Assembly (NCBI GenBank): GCA_010093995.1
Contig: ML992504.1
Coordinates: 806,001-870,000, forward strand
Length of the DNA: 64,000 bases
Reading direction: 5' to 3'
Origin: Elsinoe ampelina
Lineage: Eukaryota
In this document: in pieces, positions 60,848 through 64,000 of the stretch
Layout of the letters: each line of letters opens with the position of its first letter
Position numbering within the stretch: position 1 is the stretch's first letter
The notes under the pieces: model-generated
What the model saw: only the letters and a program-made list of their open reading frames with translations
What the model was told of the DNA's origin: nothing
Databases searched by the model: none
Translations under genes and position numbers: made by a program

Positions 60848-61959
60848 TCACTTCAACAACCTCTCCATACACTCCCTAAACTCCTCCCTCTCCGCATCGG
60901 TGTACCTCCTCTTGGTCCCATCCCCTTCCTTGACAGAGAAACACTTCTCGCTCAACCCGAACCTGACCAGATCCATCCCGCGGAACTTGTCCCCCGCCCT
61001 CTGCCCGACGGTCTCGTAGAAGAATGAGTTCTCCGCGTGGAATCCCTTGGCGGCTTTGCTGGGGGATGCGCCCACGCCCACGCCGGTGGAGATGTGGATG
61101 CGCTTGAGCTCGGGGCAGCGGGCGAGGGCCGAGAGGGCGTTGCCGGAGTCCTTTTTGTAGGTCATGATCTCTATGAACGACATGTGGTTTGGGGCGATGA
61201 GGCCGATGCGGTTCATGAAGGTTGAGACTGCGCGGTTGTCGTCGAATTTGATGTGGTTGCCGTAGATGAGGGGCAGGGTTTCTTCGTAGATCTGGGAGGG
61301 TTTAGATGGGGAGGAAAGGCAAAGGGGAGGGGCAGGGGGAGGTACCTTCTTGTTGACGGTAAGCAGGCCGACACGGTGCTTCATCTTTTCCGCGAAGTTG
61401 GTGGACTTGACGCCGGTAGTAGTGCTGTTGACGACGATCTTGGCCTTGGGGTTGTTCTCCGGCATCATCACGTGCTTGAAGATCCTTTTGCGGATGTCGG
61501 TGGGAAGCTTCATCAGTGGGAAGGCCTTGGACGCTGAGAAGCGAATCATGATGTCGCCGTTCTCATTGTTCGTGGTAGTCTGATACGTGAATGACCTGGG
61601 ACTTTCGAGCTTGAGAAGGTGCTCGAACATGCCCGATGTCTTTTCGATCTATTAAACGAATCAGTATCTGGTGAAAATATGAAGAGGTATGTGACTTACC
61701 GGGCTGATACGGCTTTCGGACTGAGAGTGAATGGTCAACCCACTGAGGGTGTCGGCTCCGCTGGAGAAAGTATGATAGACGGCCGAGGCTGGCTTCTTCG
61801 CTCCAGTTCGGATCCTCTTCTTGGGAGGTTCCTGGGCGCTGTCTCCTCCATACCCGGAGTCGACTGGCGATGCCTGGCAATGGTCAACGATGATACTTGG
61901 ATTGGTGGCAGGATACGAACTGGAGAAGCCGGCGTGGCGGGGATCTTCTTCTTAGTCAT
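60848..61959 (-). CDS. Fungal hypothetical protein with an F-box-like segment, probably two introns
   Basis: FPLMKLPTDIRKRIF followed by LLTVNKK|IYEETLPLIYG, a pattern common in ascomycete hypothetical proteins; donors near 61699 and 61345. Start codon inferred. Confidence 0.65.
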
Positions 61960-63614
61960 GATGGAAGGTAGAGTGGTAATCGGGTCTAGGTGAAATTGAG
62001 TCAAGTGACGGATGTGAAATCTCGAGGGTCGTGAATATCGTTCTTGCGCAGCGCTTGCAAGAGTAAATGGTAGCGCGGAAGGTATGGTAGAGGTGGTCGA
62101 CGGGAACTCCGAAGATCGTCGAGAGTATGTTGTGAGGTTGTAGGTAGAAAGGAAAGTGTCTGAGAGGAAGAGGTCGAGTGAGGTATTTGAATCCGACCGA
62201 CATTCACATGCGACGACAGCCAGCGTTGACGGCTGCCTAAGTGAGTGCTCAGGAGAATCTAATTGGCATGTGAGGCACGAAGGTGAGGCTGAGCATGTGT
62301 CGGTCCTCTCAGATCGAGGTAATGCTAATGCTTTGGCTCGGAAGTCGAGGGAAATCAGGTTGACCCTTCATGGATTGCTTAGATAACTGTGCATCTCCGA
62401 AAACGGAGGTCTTGCTGGACTGGGTATCAGAGGATTCAATTTGATTGGAACAGTACGCCCTTGAGGGGATGGATGAGAGGGTGAAATAATGAAAGCATGA
62501 ACAACTATGACAATGCGTCGCCAATATGAATGTGCTAGCACAAGTGATACTACCGTGTGAACGCCCAGATTGATGGCCCACACTTGGAATCGTGGATTTG
62601 AGAAAGTGAAGAAGAATGCGAGATTGCTTGGGAGGCAAAACGCTGTAAGATGTCAAAAGCCTTACCAGCTTCACCTCGATCAGCATCACTTTGACCATCT
62701 CCACGAGTGTTGACCTTCAATGCAGGTCGGCGTCGTCCGATCCCGCAAACGAAAGCCTTGCAGGGTGTTACCCCCTTACATTGTCATTGAGGGCCACACC
62801 TGCCATGGAAAGAAGCTGGGCAGGTCGCCCCCTCAGTCGGCATTAATTCAAGCCAGTCCGACCAACCTCTCGCCATCGTAAAACCCGCTCGGCGAGCACC
62901 TGGCCTGCTCATGTCGTATGTACAAGGAAGTGAGGTACGCTCGCCTGGAGGTACGACCTGCGATTCTGAATGGCATTTGGTGGACTTGCATTCATGCTGT
63001 CACTTCACTTTGCCATTTGCTGCGGAAGTACACTCTTCAATGTTCATTTCATACTGGACACACCAGTACCAGGACGTCTGATGGACTGTTGAGTAGCTCT
63101 GGCCGTCTTACCTCCCTCTAGTCGATCTTTCAAGTAAGATCTAGGCTGAGGAGGTGAAAAGCGCGATTATGTTGTTCGTGACAAGGAAGGAAACAAGAAA
63201 GCAATCTGCTTACCACCGAATGCGCAGAAGCTCGGAGTGTTGGCCATTATCATCCAATCAAAACAACTGGATGCATGGGTCTTGTGTTGTCCAAGCTGCA
63301 GCGTGACTCCAGAAATGCACGCAAGCAATGAGGAGTGATATCCGCCGATGTGTTTGATCTCAAAATGCTCGCATGGCTGAAAGGTCGTTCAGATATTGCG
63401 ATTTAGGAAACAGAGAGAGGAAGCGCGAGCTTGATATGAAAAGCCCACTGCAACCTCGCGAGCTTGATGCCAAGCCTCCACCTTTACTTGCACAACTTCC
63501 GGGCCTCCAATCCACCATTCTTTACACTTTGTGAAGAGCATTTCCTCCGTCAATCGCGACACCAGGCGAACAAAGACTGTGCAACAATCGCCAGGGCACT
63601 TGGAAACTACCAAC

Positions 63615-64000
63615 ATGGCAGACGCCGCCCCAAACGGCCACCCCCCAAGCCAGGACATAGTCATGCAAGACACCCTCGTACGCCGCCCCTCCTCTCCCTT
63701 CCCCCTCCATTCCCTTTTCCCCTCCTCCAGCTCCCTCCCCTCCCTTGGCTCTCGACTAACTCCCTCCAGCCCCCGACGAACGGCACCGCCACCACCAACT
63801 CAGAGCCCCTCACCACCGACCCCCTCCCCCAACCCACCGGCTCCACCACACCGGCACGCACCTCCTCACAACCACCCGCGTCAATACCTCTCCCCGACAA
63901 GCCAGCCGCATACGGCGCCCCGACGCGGGTGTACCTCAACCAGAACGTCACGCCGCATCTGTTGGAAGGGATGAAGTACCTGGCGGCGTATGAGCCGGAG
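63615..64000 (+). CDS. SDC1: COMPASS subunit Sdc1/Dpy-30 (3' end beyond window); intron 63678-63769
   Basis: Exon 2 encodes GAPTRVYLNQNVTPHLLEGMKYLAAYEPE, the Dpy-30 motif; intron GTACGC...ACTAAC...CAG. Confidence 0.88.

Noticed and set aside
1..64000. Transposons, RIP-mutated repeats, CRISPR arrays, secondary-metabolite clusters
   Set aside because: No transposase or reverse-transcriptase ORFs, terminal repeats, AT-rich RIP blocks, repeat-spacer arrays or PKS/NRPS genes seen.

Overview
Gene-dense, intron-containing fungal genomic DNA. It is a filamentous ascomycete; the short ~50-nt GT-AG introns and gene content suggest Eurotiomycetes, possibly Chaetothyriales, but that is inference. The window holds about 29 mostly housekeeping protein genes (CDC1, UBA3, TEL2, MPH1, CAP2, MDE1, a PWWP protein, PRP16, PWP1, VPS8, CIA2, a CNT nucleoside transporter, ERO1, CKS1, USB1, PAL1, VPS33, HTS1, COQ6, a fumarate reductase-cytochrome b5 fusion, SDC1 and others) and no recognisable transposons. 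The standout is a tRNA-Ile(AAT) gene at 18289-18485 split into four exons. It has an ordinary tRNA intron at position 37/38 plus two ~50-nt introns with full spliceosomal signals (GTTCGT/ACTAAT/CAG after nt 26, and GTATGT/CTAAC/CAG inside the T-loop, splitting the Pol III B-box). Removing all three rebuilds a fully paired cloverleaf. An upstream TATA, a downstream T6 run and a B-box-like motif inside intron 1 suggest it is still a Pol III unit. Other observations: recurring ~1-kb C-rich to G-rich skew-switch islands independent of gene orientation, a 41-aa spliced microprotein, GC-AG and GAG non-canonical splice sites, and a 77-nt poly-C run in VPS8 that is probably an artefact. All gene identities come from recognising motifs by eye; no searches were run.
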